Below, one piece after another: positions 1 to 16,519 of a DNA stretch of 64,000 nucleotides. The notes under the pieces are model-generated. The model had not been told where the DNA came from. It saw only the letters and a program-made list of their open reading frames with translations, and did no database searches. Position 1 is the first letter of the stretch; the number at the start of each line of letters is the position of its first letter. The stretch is taken from positions 193,378,001 to 193,442,000 of the forward strand of contig OZ024741.1 in assembly GCA_964016885.1 (NCBI GenBank), given 5' to 3'. The position numbers and the translations under genes were made by a program. Origin of the DNA: Eledone cirrhosa. Taxonomy: Eukaryota.

Positions 1-100
1 CTGGACTAATGTTTTTTAACCATGCTTGAAACCTCCAATGCTCCAATGACAATCGGGACGACTTTCATCTCAGGTCAGTCCCAGAACTTTTGTATCGTGG
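1..100 (-). mobile_element. Dong/R4-type non-LTR retrotransposon, C-terminal fragment
   Basis: Minus strand reads MKVVPIVIGALEV, matching KVVPIVIGALG in the R4-like fragment at 44134-44397. Confidence 0.6.
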
Positions 101-715
101 CGGCACCCTTAGAGATAGTATTAGTATTCTTTTTCGGGACTCTAAATTATTATTTCGTATTAGTTTACTTTTTTACACTGGGTGGTTGCTGGCCTTGTGC
201 CTGGGGTAGAAACCTTTATTTATTATTTCGTGGTAGTTTCTTTAGTATTTTGGCCCCTCACTTGTTGACCCGTCACCGTAAGATATACTCGGTTTATTAC
301 TTATACCTCTTAAAAGGGTCTCATTATAATTCCGTCCCACCTAGTATATATATTTTTAGCCTAGCAGTACCAGTGAGAGACTTAGATCGTAGTAACCAGA
401 AATTGTTTTGTTTTTTTTTACATTTAATTGCTTTTTAACACTCTCAGTATTTTTCTATATATTTACCCCTTATTGTTCTACTTACTGTTTCGACTTCCTC
501 CCCTCCCCCTCCCTAGTATCTTCTTTGACCTCATGCCCAGCTGTAGTCGGCACTATCAACGCATGAATGGGTCTCCTCCACCCCTCTCCCTCTTTCTCCT
601 ACTGGCAGGTTTAGCTACTCCTTCCCACCACAAATTGCCATCATAGAATTATTATGTCTCAACAACAAACTTTTGACCAATCCCTGTGACAATCACTTTG
701 ACCATATATGGAATT

Positions 716-811
716 ACCCCTTGAGAAGCTCGGCTATTCAAATACCAGGATCAAAATGTTCATTTAGTCCAGAATTAGCCGTCGAAACGGCTTGAGCTCA
801 GCCGTCGGGGT
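716..811 (+). ncRNA. Type I hammerhead ribozyme motif, U3:A8 core variant, in a putative PLE terminus ending about 893
   Basis: Stem I ACCCC/GGGGT; core TTGAGAA (721-727); stem II CGGCTATTC..GAATTAGCCG; GAAA (784-787); stem III CGGCT..AGCCG; GTC cleavage triplet (804-806). Confidence 0.75.
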
Positions 812-914
812 CCTACTCGTTCCTATTACCCACTCTACTACCCTAAGTTGGTGCGTTATGGTCCACCTGGTTCCTTACCACATTTCCTCCGTTATATATA
901 TATCTTTCTCTACA

Positions 915-1365
915 GATGCTACAGAGTGAGCTAGCCTCCTCCTTGTCAATATGGTGTTTCACCCACTTCGTTCTGTGCAGTCAATACCATTTACTCTCTA
1001 GCTTTTTTAAGGGCTCTTCTTTTTAACCAGCTCCATTTCTGTGGATCACTGAATTCCGTTTTCTTAAAAAGGTGTTATGAAGGATTTTTTTCATAAATGT
1101 TGCTCCTCCTCTTTGTTGTTACTTCCTTCTTGGATATACCCTGGTCTTCTGATTCAGTACAACTTTAAGCATCGTCCCCCTACTCTCAGGCACATATTTG
1201 TGTAGACAGGTCTTCTCCATCTGAACACAGTCCTCTATGCTGATAAGACCTCTTCCGCCTTCAGATCTCTTTAAGTATAGTCTATCAACATCACTCCTCT
1301 TCTGGAACATTCTGTAGCTAGCCATTAGCTTCCCAGTCTTTCTATCCATTTCTTTTTGTTCAGTT
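915..1365 (-). mobile_element. Dong/R4-type retrotransposon fragment (post-RT region)
   Basis: ORF 1119-1394 contains MDRKTGKLM..DVDRLYLKRSEGGRGLISIED, typical of R4-clade ORFs. Confidence 0.8.
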
Positions 1366-1379
1366 ATTTTTATTATTAT

Positions 1380-1782
1380 TTGAAATACACACAATCAATT
1401 GTCGTACAGATGATGCCATAAGGGCACAAACAACAGTAAATATCTTTGCAAGGTTTTTAAATTGATAATTCCATTCGCAGGGCAGCATTATTTTCTGTAT
1501 CTCTTGCAGAGATGTCTTTCCAGATATCCGGTCCAAATACTTTTCAGTTCCCATTTTTATTATTCCAAGTGCACCGACTATCATTGGTTTGAACAGGCCT
1601 TAAGATGTCCCATTTTCTCAGGTTCAATTGATAGATCGTTATACACACTGAGCTTTCCAAACTCTTTCGAGGAGATGTTACGATCTGAAGGAATGCTCAT
1701 GTCAATTAAGAAACATTTTTCTCTTTATCGTCTTTTACAATTATATCAGGTCTGTTGGCCTTGATTGTTCTGTCCGTGTTCA
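1380..1782 (-). mobile_element. Dong/R4-type 3' fragment (restriction-like endonuclease + 3' UTR)
   Basis: Minus strand reads TDRTIKANRPDI..CFLIDMSIP and IVGALGIIK..IQKI; 3' end runs into AATAATAAT. Confidence 0.8.
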
Positions 1783-1785
1783 CAG

Positions 1786-1947
1786 GACGGTGGATTGGCA
1801 GTATCGGTTGAGCGTCGGATAGCATAATTTGTGGCTTATAGTTAGGGCCCTTTACGTTCTGACTTCAAATCACACCAAGATTGGCGTTGTGTTTTATCCT
1901 TACGGTGTCCGTAAAATAAAGTAGGCCTTGTGCCAAAAGTAGAAAAA
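1786..1947 (+). mobile_element. tRNA-derived SINE (young family), diverged, internally deleted copy
   Basis: A box TGGCAGTATCGG; degenerate B box; tail GGCCTTGTGCCAAAAGTAGAAA; homologous to 35848-36033. Confidence 0.8.
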
Positions 1948-2054
1948 ATCATCATCATCACCAGCAGCAGCAGCATCATCATCAGCAGCAGAAATAGTAG
2001 TATCATTACCATCGTCATCATTAACATCATCACAATACTTCCTTGATATCTATC

Positions 2055-2225
2055 TCGCTCGGCCGATAAGTTGGACAAAATGCTTTACGGTATTTGTTCC
2101 AACTCTGCGTCTTCCGTTCAAAACCATCTACGGCTAACTTTGCCTTTTAACATTCCACGTTAAATAAAATAAAATACTAGTCAAATATTGGAGTCGATGT
2201 AATCAACTATACATTTTCTCAAAAA
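2055..2225 (+). mobile_element. Older related tRNA-derived SINE, degenerate
   Basis: GTTCAAAACC B-box remnant followed by a degenerate core (AACTTTGCCTTT..ATAAAATA..TACTAG). Confidence 0.55.
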
Positions 2226-2931
2226 CAAGCTCTCATTAAGCTCTCATTAAGCTCTCATTAAGCTCTATATTGTGACATATTGCTATGTAAATTACTACGT
2301 CCATTTCTGTGTATCATCATAAGCGATAAGGTATATAAAGCCCTCGATTGTTTTTTTACTCTGATGTTTATACATACCTTCCGATGAGGACTAAATTGGG
2401 AGTAAAAATCGATTAAAAATGTTTATCATTTTTTTAATTAACATGGAAATGCATATATTTACCGTGTTTACATATCTATATAGTAAAAGTGTGTAAATGT
2501 TTATAAACATTTACGCAGTTACAATTACCTCTATTATTGTATACTTCGGTTGCTTTGTGCACAAGTTTATATATATATATATAAATGTGTGTGTGTGTGT
2601 TTTAACTTGTGTCTGTGTGTGTATTTACGCGCCACAAATTAGCGGTTCTACAACAACGAAATCGATAAATACTGGGCACAATATGGGCATCTAAATTAGT
2701 GACAATGCAATTCAATATTTCCATGAAAAAAAAGCATATAATTATATTTATTTTATATCATTAAGGATAACAATACTTATAAAAACATAACGCAAAATTA
2801 ACTGTCAACCTTTATGATATAAAATGAAATCATTTGCATTTACATTTCGTATGGAGTTCTAAATCAGACAATATTTTATCAATGTATAGTGTATACCAAT
2901 ATATGATATGCAACGACAATTTTACTTTAAC

Positions 2932-2939
<8 letters not shown>

Positions 2940-2963
<24 letters not shown>

Positions 2964-3121
2964 TATATACATGTATATATATATATATTTGTATATATAT
3001 ATATATATATATTTGTGTGTGTGTGCGTGTTTGAGGTGTCGGTGTGTGTATGTACGTAGATATATATATATATATATATAAACATACATGCGTATGTACA
3101 GACATACATACATACATACAT

Positions 3122-3164
<43 letters not shown>

Positions 3165-3190
3165 GGCAGGCAGACAGACAGACAGACAGA
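2940..3190. repeat. Compound microsatellite (CT/CA/TA/GT/CATA/CAGA)n
   Basis: Seen directly. Confidence 0.95.
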
Positions 3191-3574
3191 CATAATATCC
3201 AAAATTAATCACAATGCTTTTGTATGTTTCACTGAATCTAAACTAATATTTACATTAAAATGGTCGATAGTCTGAGTGTTTTCCTTATATTTTCACATCC
3301 CATCTTCATTGATTTTGCTCTCCTTTCTCATTTGTTAATTTAACTTTTCTTTATTGGTTGTTGTTTTTTGTTGTTAATACGTTTCCCATTGTTGTCTTTT
3401 TCTTTTGTTCGTCAAGTGTATTTGTGTATATTATAACTAAATATAAATCTTGGTGGCTATTTATGTTGTTGTATTGATATATATATATATAAAAGGAGAG
3501 AGAGGCGAATCGGAGGGGGAAAGAGAGGCATCGGTTGCTGATATGTATGCCTGTAGATAGTGTATATGTCTATA

Positions 3575-3667
<93 letters not shown>

Positions 3668-4116
3668 AGTGAACAGAAAGCGATGGAAATGTTTTCATCG
3701 TCTCTTCACTATTAACTCTGCGAAGGTACATGTAGAAAGACTGAATCGGACCCAGGAACATACATCCACCTAATGGTGACCCAAGAACCTACATCCACCT
3801 AATTGAGTCGCACAGTACAGGGCATCCAACCACGCAGGAAAATATTCTCTTAAGCACACCTGCAAAGAGCAATTCTGTATCTCCAAATAGTATATATATA
3901 TACAAATACACACACATATACACACATTCTTGGCTTGCTTCGTTTTGGGGGGCTTAGGTGGCTGATGGCTTCTTGATCGCCATCTCAGTTTGTTTGGCCC
4001 TTATAACCTATGTTTATTGCTCTGGTCTTTTTTTAGTACATGGAGCGCTTTCCAGCATAACTCGGATATTTCGTTTCGCTTTGTTTTCGACCACTGCCGA
4101 AATTCGATCTCGCTGA

Positions 4117-5147
<1,031 letters not shown>

Positions 5148-5404
5148 GACTGCACATAAGAAATTAAATCACGAAAGTTTAATTATATTCCCACAAAAAA
5201 TCAAGGGACTGGAAAGATTCGAAGCAAACCTACTCACAGTGTCACAGATAACATTTGTTAATGACTCTAATCCATTTCAAAACATTTTGAAAAGTGACAT
5301 CGCAATATAAAATGATGAGAGAAAGCCCCGTTGCTTTCAAGCAAAGCTAAAAATATTTACCAAATAGACATAGAAGCACCTACAGTCACTTACTGAAAAA
5401 TAAC

Positions 5405-5590
5405 TGTTTCTACTTTAGGCACAAGGCCAGCAATTACCCAGTGCATTACTGGTACTTTATTTTATCGGCCCCGTAAGGATGAAAGGCAAAGTCAACCTCG
5501 GCGGGATTTGAACTCAGATCGTAAAGGGACGTAACTATGCTGGAAAGCATGGCGTCCGACCCTCTACCGATACTGCTAATCCACCGATAC
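5405..5590 (-). mobile_element. tRNA-derived SINE with 19-bp target-site duplication
   Basis: TSD TCACTTACTGAAAAATAAC at 5386-5404 and 5599-5617; B box GAGTTCAAATCC on the minus strand. Confidence 0.92.
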
Positions 5591-6021
5591 TGCCAACTTC
5601 ACTTACTGAAAAATAACATCACTAGCAAATATATGAAAGCAAAACCAAACACCTACAATAGTATTCCTCGTCCGCCACTGCAACCAGTCTCTTTTCTCGC
5701 TCACACTGCTGAAGACGTTCTTTCTCGTCACACTTGCCAGGACTTATATCCGAAAGAAGTTTGTTAACTTGATATTTTTCCTCTCTTTACGTTGCTTCAC
5801 GTTTCATGTCTGTTTACGTTTTTTTCTCTCCCCTCCCCACTTTTTTTATCCCAATAACTTATTTTACTTATTGCTCGCACTAGGTTGAGGTATATTGTCT
5901 CTAACACGAAGAAATATCTATGATTCCTAGCAGACAACTGATGATGGATATTACCCTCTTTCGCCCGTAACCTTTTATTTTCATTATACTTAATTGCAAT
6001 CACACAGCCCGCCATTTTATT

Positions 6022-6055
<34 letters not shown>

Positions 6056-6069
6056 TATCTATCTCTCTC

Positions 6070-6118
<49 letters not shown>

Positions 6119-6134
6119 CTATCTATCTATATCC

Positions 6135-6181
<47 letters not shown>

Positions 6182-6214
6182 GTAAGACCAAAAGATGGTT
6201 AAAAGAGTTCCAAG

Positions 6215-6285
6215 TATTTTATTATGCGCATTTCAAAAACAAATATCATCATGGGAGGATATCTGCGTTCTCATCAGATAAAATA
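6215..6285 (-). ncRNA. Minimal type I hammerhead ribozyme motif
   Basis: TATTTTAT-CTGATGA-stem II-GAAA-TGCGCA (palindrome)-TA-ATAAAATA. Confidence 0.8.
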
Positions 6286-7058
6286 GGGAGACATGATATG
6301 AAGCTTAAAAAACACTTGTGAATAGTGAAGTTTTAAATCAACATATGAAAAATAAATTAAGATTGATGTATGAGATTGGGAAAAAGTGAGGGGGGGGGGG
6401 TAAGGAAGAGGAAGAAATAAGAGTAAAGGATGGTAGGGGAGGAGTATAAGAAGGAAGGATGAGAGAGGTGGAGAGATGGGTGATAGAGAGAGGGAGATAG
6501 CCTTTACAACTGAGAAAAAAATATTGTCTCACAGAGAGAAATTAAAAAGCCGTTGGAAGATAATAGATAATTTCAAAGATTTTGAAATTAAAAGTTAATG
6601 AGGTTTATGCATGAAGAAAAGGAATTAAGAATAGTATTAAATTAAGGTTTGTATATTGAAGGGTTTAATAATATGTACGAAGAAAAGAATTTATTAATAT
6701 GTATTATTATTTTTCTTCATGCATAAACCTCATTAACTTTTAATTTCAACATCTTTTAAATTATCTATTATCTTCCAACGGCTTTTTAATTTCTCTCCGT
6801 GAGACAATATTTTTTTCTCAGTTGTAAAGGCTATCTCTCTCTCTCTATCACCCATCTCTCCTCCTCTCTCATCCTTCCTTCTTATACTCCTCCCCCACCA
6901 TCCTTTACTCTTATTTTTTCCTCTTCCTTACCTTTTCCACACACACACCCCCCTCACTTTTTCCCCAATCTCATACATCAATCTTAATTTATTTTTCATA
7001 TGCTGATTTAAAACTTCACTATTCACAAGTGTTTTTTAGGCTTCATATCATGTCTCCC

Positions 7059-7129
7059 TATTTTATCTGATGAGAACGGAGATATCATCGCATGATGATA
7101 TTTGTTTTTGAAATGCACATAATAAAATA
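7059..7129 (+). ncRNA. Minimal type I hammerhead ribozyme motif (inverted partner copy)
   Basis: TATTTTAT-CTGATGA (7067-7073)-GATATCATC/GATGATATT stem-GAAA (7110-7113)-TGCACA-TA-ATAAAATA. Confidence 0.78.
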
Positions 7130-7271
7130 CTTGGAACTCTTTTAACCATCTTTTGATCTTATATTATTTATACTCCAGTCCTACAAACTGTAGAGTGCTA
7201 CTTATCAGATATTTGCATTGCTTTATTGTGCTACAATAAAATTCACCTCCTACATATATATATACTCGTAT

Positions 7272-11580
<4,309 letters not shown>

Positions 11581-11603
11581 GATATATATTTATATATATA
11601 TAT

Positions 11604-11705
<102 letters not shown>

Positions 11706-11839
11706 TATGAAGAGAGAAGAAACATTTAGATATAATTAGTAATAAAATGTATCATACCTAAACTGTTCCTAGCTCACAGTTGGGTGCGGATGCATTCATG
11801 TATATATGTGTGTGTCCGCATGTATCTGTGTGTTTCTTA

Positions 11840-11925
<86 letters not shown>

Positions 11926-12169
11926 TGGCTCAGAAATAAAAAGAAATGTTTTTAACTTAACAACCTGCACAACGAGATTGTTTTAATATATTAGTTTGTG
12001 CAGAGCCTATTTCACTGTTTCCGCTTAATTGTGTAGCCGGAACTAAACTGGGGCTCATTGTGTCACGTGCCGGGCATAAAAGAAAGTATCATGTATAACG
12101 TAATCACAAGATCCTATCAATAGATCATACTATTGTTTGTAGAGTGGAATCATTATTATAATCATTATT

Positions 12170-12172
12170 ACA

Positions 12173-12203
<31 letters not shown>

Positions 12204-12219
12204 TCACCATCATCATCAG

Positions 12220-12251
<32 letters not shown>

Positions 12252-12272
12252 CCATCATCATCATCATAATCA
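12170..12272. repeat. (CAT/CAC)n microsatellite
   Basis: Seen directly. Confidence 0.95.
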
Positions 12273-12759
12273 TTTTCAAATAATCTTATACACTGTACTC
12301 ATGGGAGGCTAAGGCAGTTCTATACCCTGAAGGAAACCTCCTGCATTTCGCTCCCAGACTGGTCAGATAAGTTTTGTTGATGTTGAGCTTCAATGTTTAT
12401 TAGTCGAAGTCCCCAGCGAAAACTCCTGTGTCGCAGTACTAAAGTAATAAGATTAGCTCAAATATTGTTGATGTTGTTGTTGCCTACCCCCAGGTTAGCC
12501 AGCCTTAATCTACCAGGCTTATAATCAATTGCATTATAGCTATGGTTGTTTTGACTTTTAACCTGACTGTGTATCGTGGATTACATGTTGATATTACTCC
12601 ACTTCGATACTATTTTGCATCAGTTAACGCCCTCAGTATAAGCATGAACATCACAAACTCCTATTTTCCTTTCATATCAAGTAGTCAAGTGCTAAACCTT
12701 AATTGTGGAATGCTTGGGATTTTTTAAAATGAATCTTAGAACATTTAAATTTTTTAATG

Positions 12760-12905
12760 TCGGCAGATTATCGTAATCTTCAGAGCAAGGGATGAGATGC
12801 TTTGCAGTATTTGTTCCAGATATTTTCGTTCTGAGTTTAAATCCCACTGTAGTCGACTTGGATCGTAGATTTAGTCCGTAACCCGGATTAATACCACCAG
12901 TATGC
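12760..12905 (+). mobile_element. Old degenerate tRNA-derived SINE
   Basis: ATGCTTTGCAGTATTTGTTCC..TTCTGAGTTTAAATCCC..GTCGACTT resembles the other SINE heads. Confidence 0.55.
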
Positions 12906-13224
12906 CCTTTGCTACTATTAGCGATGTACACTGTTTTAAGAATACCTCCCTCCCTTCTTCCTTCCCACCACTTTTAAAGGTTGTGAAAACGGTCATGGAC
13001 ATTGTCCTTCCTTCCATGGCGAAACAATAAAAAGGAAAAGACAGAGGAACACCCATGACTCTTTCCAAGACCTTCTAGACTATTGAAAGTGATAATAGAA
13101 GTAATCTTACGATGAGATACCTTGTGTGAATGCTTGCAAAAGAGTGGGTCTCTCTCCAGTCATGGACTAGGTGTTGGTGTTAAATCGGACGATAAATTAT
13201 GTCTACCACACAAGTGCAATAACT

Positions 13225-13392
13225 CCGATGGGCTTCCACGCAATTTCCGTCCATCAAATTTTACTCACAAAGCTTGAGTAGACCTGACTTTCTGGTAGAA
13301 GACACCTTCCCAAAGTCCCACGCTGTAAGATCGACCCCAGAACGGTAGAGTTGTAAAGTGAACTTCTTAACCACACAGTCAAGCTTGCGCCT
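13225..13392 (-). mobile_element. Second SINE family (CORE-type, resembling octopus OR SINEs), degenerate
   Basis: Minus strand head ..CTGTGTGGTTAAGAAG..GGGGTCGATC..TTTGGGAAGGTGTCTTCT; family recognised from memory only. Confidence 0.55.
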
Positions 13393-14076
13393 ACTGGATA
13401 TTAAACTTAATTAATCATACTTTGCTGGTGAAAATAAGTCACCCTTCCAATGGCCAATTGAACAACGTAGACATTATAGTTGTAATATGATGTTGGTGGA
13501 ATGATAGCCAAGTTAGCCAATGTAGCCAAAATGGCCGACGTCTATGCTGTAACTACTATACCAACGTAGCACGCCCACACAATATATCAAGTAACCTGAC
13601 ATGGAAAAAACATTCAAAATAGACAGAAAATATTTTAAAGATTTCCATTTTGCTTGCTCTTCAATGAAGTTATATCTGATGGTTGTGAGTCATGAAATAA
13701 AATCAGATTTCTTGAAGGAAATCATCTTAAATTTCCAGTAAATTCAATTTCAGATTGTTAAAGTTTACGTTCGATTCAATTGTTAAGTTAGCCTGAAGAA
13801 CACTCCACTACTGTGGTATGTCTACTAGAAACTTTAACAATGTGAAGTAGACAATAAGAAACTATTCCTCCCTTATCTCGTTTGTGGAGGCGACAACGAT
13901 GATTGTTGAGACGTCTCTGAGGTGTTGTTGTTTACTCCCGAGTTGACTGATCCAGCAGACGTAATGCAAAGTTATGACAATCTAGTATTTGTAGAGGTAT
14001 CGCACATTACAGATGCCGTTGAATATGAGATAGAGATGGGTGGTACATAGATAATTTCTTTGGATGTGCAGAGAAT

Positions 14077-14152
<76 letters not shown>

Positions 14153-14730
14153 ATATGGGAAGTTAAAAGGAAGAGAGGCAGTTGTATTAGTGATATAGGT
14201 GACAGGGAGAGGTAGTACATAGTCAGCTAGTTGAAGGAAATCGAGGTCACTGTAGTAGTGGTAAATTTTACAAAGGGGTGTCATATAGATTCCTTTCAGT
14301 TTTGTTGAGAGAAACGGAGGCTTGTAAGTTGAGAGGTACAGAGGATGCCGAAGCAGTGGTATTTGAGACAATTGGTGGTTGTTCATAGCTTGTTAGTTGA
14401 AACAGGTGGAGGTTGTACATCGTTAACAAGTTGAGAGGAATAAACTGTTGTAGTAGGGGTAGAGAGATGTGATCCGTAGCTTGATAGTTAAGAGGAACAG
14501 AAGCTGTTGTAGTAGTGGTAGAAGAAACAATTGAAGGTGATTTATAGCTAGCTAATTGAAAAAATAGAGACTCTTGTAGTAGTGGTAGATAAGGCAGTGG
14601 GATGTGGCCAAGAACTTAATGGCTGATAGGAACGAAGGCTGTTGTAGTAGTAGTAAAATACTCAGAGGGATATGGCATATATCTAGCTAACTGGAAAGAA
14701 CATATACTGTTGTAGTAGGGGTAGATGAAA
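14077..14730. repeat. (TAG)n tract followed by a diverged tandem repeat of roughly 55-60 bp
   Basis: (TAG)n 14077-14152; recurring GTTGTAGTAG(T/G)GGTAGA and ATAGCT..AGTTGA motifs. Confidence 0.65.
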
Positions 14731-15254
14731 CAGAGAAAAAACAACGCATGTCTTACGGTGGTTGTATTGTGTTGATTGGTGAGATTCTGCCAATCCATCG
14801 AATAGTCGTCTTTGGGATACGATCTAACATGTTTAGATGTCTGTAGCAACAACAGCAACACATGAGTAACAGTACATAGCAGCAGAAATAGCAGTGTCTC
14901 GAACCTGGAACCAGTACTCCATTGTTGGTCTAATTGGTGTTTTATGGGAAGGTCACAATCGATGATATTTGAAGTATTTTGTGACGCTACAGTGGAAGCC
15001 TCTCGTTTACAACAAGATCTAGGCTGTTATTGTGTGCAGCACAACGACTGTTACATAAACGTAAACAGTAGAGATTTTTCTTGAAATTTAAAGAAATGAT
15101 GGACAGGTTTAATTGGAACATCAATCAAAACAAACAGAAAGAAATGTTATATTACATATGTATTATGACGCAAACAGAAAGATGGACACACGTCTTTAGT
15201 AGAAACAATAGTGGAAATAAGCAGAAAAATATATAATGACATTAAAGGAAATAA

Positions 15255-15650
15255 TGAGAAAGCTGAAAGCCAACCGACCAGATATTACAGTCAAAGACCA
15301 CAAAGAAAAGAAATTCTTTCTAATAGATGTATCAATCCCCACAGACGACAATATACCTTCCAAGGAAATGGAGAAACTCTCCAAATATAAAGATCTAGAG
15401 ACAGAAATAACTCGAATGTTGAAAATGAAAACAGACATAATACTGATAATAATAGATGCTCTGGGAATGATAAAAAAAACTCAGATAAATACATAGCCAA
15501 AATACTTACAAATATATACAACATACAAAAGATAGCACTACTAGGCACTGCACACATATTACGAAAAGTAACATCAATTCAATAGAAACAACATCAGCAA
15601 AAACTCCACTGCTCATATCCAAGGCCTACATAACCGAGCTCGGTAAAGCA
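15255..15650 (+). mobile_element. Dong/R4-type 3' fragment
   Basis: KANRPDITVKD..FLIDVSIP..KLSKYKDLETEI..ALGMIK; flanked by degenerate (TAA)n. Confidence 0.85.
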
Positions 15651-15714
15651 GTAATGATGCGCAATAAAAATAATAATGAAAATAAAAATAATAATGGAAA
15701 TAATAGAGAAACGG

Positions 15715-16473
15715 AATAAACCCAAAGTGCTGATTCTGCAATGCTGAGGTTGAAACAGTGGATCACTTAGTCTCTGGATGTAAAGTTTTAGCACCAGTAG
15801 AATACAAATATAGACATGACAGAGTTGGCCAATATCTACACTGGGTAATATGTCGGCATTACAAAATCAAAGCTGAAGACAAGTGGTACAATCATCACCC
15901 TGAGGCTGTAACTGAAGGAGAAAAAGTAACAATTCTCTGGGACTTTCCTGTACATACTGACAGGACCATAAAAGCAAATGGACCTGACATCACTATAAAA
16001 TATCAACATAACAAGGTCTGTTTATTAATAGATATGAGCATCCCATGTGATCACAATATCGCGGCAAAAGAATTTGACAAGCTACGAAAATATAAAGATC
16101 TGCTTATTGAAATTGAGAAAATGTGGCGCCTCAAGGCCGTTACAATACCAGTGATTATGGGAGGACTGGGAATAATCAAGAAAGGAACAGAACAATATTT
16201 ACGAATGATTCCTAGTTTACCCTCTCTGCACGTGGTGCAGAAAATTGTTTTGACTGGTACTGCACGTATTGAGAAGAGCACTATCTCTGTAAGATTGATA
16301 TCCCTCCTTGTATTTACATATGCACATGAGTATATATGTATACTGTTTTTTTTTGTTTTTTTTTTTGTTTTTTAAATCATAATCAATGTGCTGTATTAAC
16401 TGGCTTACCAATGCACATTGTGAATTTATTTGCCATAGATGTCAGGAAGACACTCGGCATATATCTCAGAAAC
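15715..16473 (+). mobile_element. Dong/R4-type 3' fragment (CCHC + restriction-like endonuclease + UTR)
   Basis: DHLVSGC..RHDRVG..LWDFPVHTDRTIKANGPDI..KYKDL; followed by (TAA)n. Confidence 0.9.
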
Positions 16474-16519
16474 AATAATGAAAGAAAATAAAAATGATAA
16501 TAATAATAATAATAATAAT

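Larger units (their letters stand above)
6177..7250. mobile_element. Penelope-like foldback: about 445-bp inverted arms plus a one-sided extension
   Basis: 6177-6620 is the near reverse complement of 6711-7167; each arm carries a hammerhead; flanked by (TA)n. Confidence 0.8.

Noticed and set aside
2320-2415. Possible type III hammerhead (CCGATGAG-GACT..AGT-AAAA)
   Set aside because: Both core segments are mutated.
12900-15200. Apparently unique sequence as host exons
   Set aside because: No recognisable protein motif or convincing ORF by eye; small exons cannot be excluded without RNA-seq.
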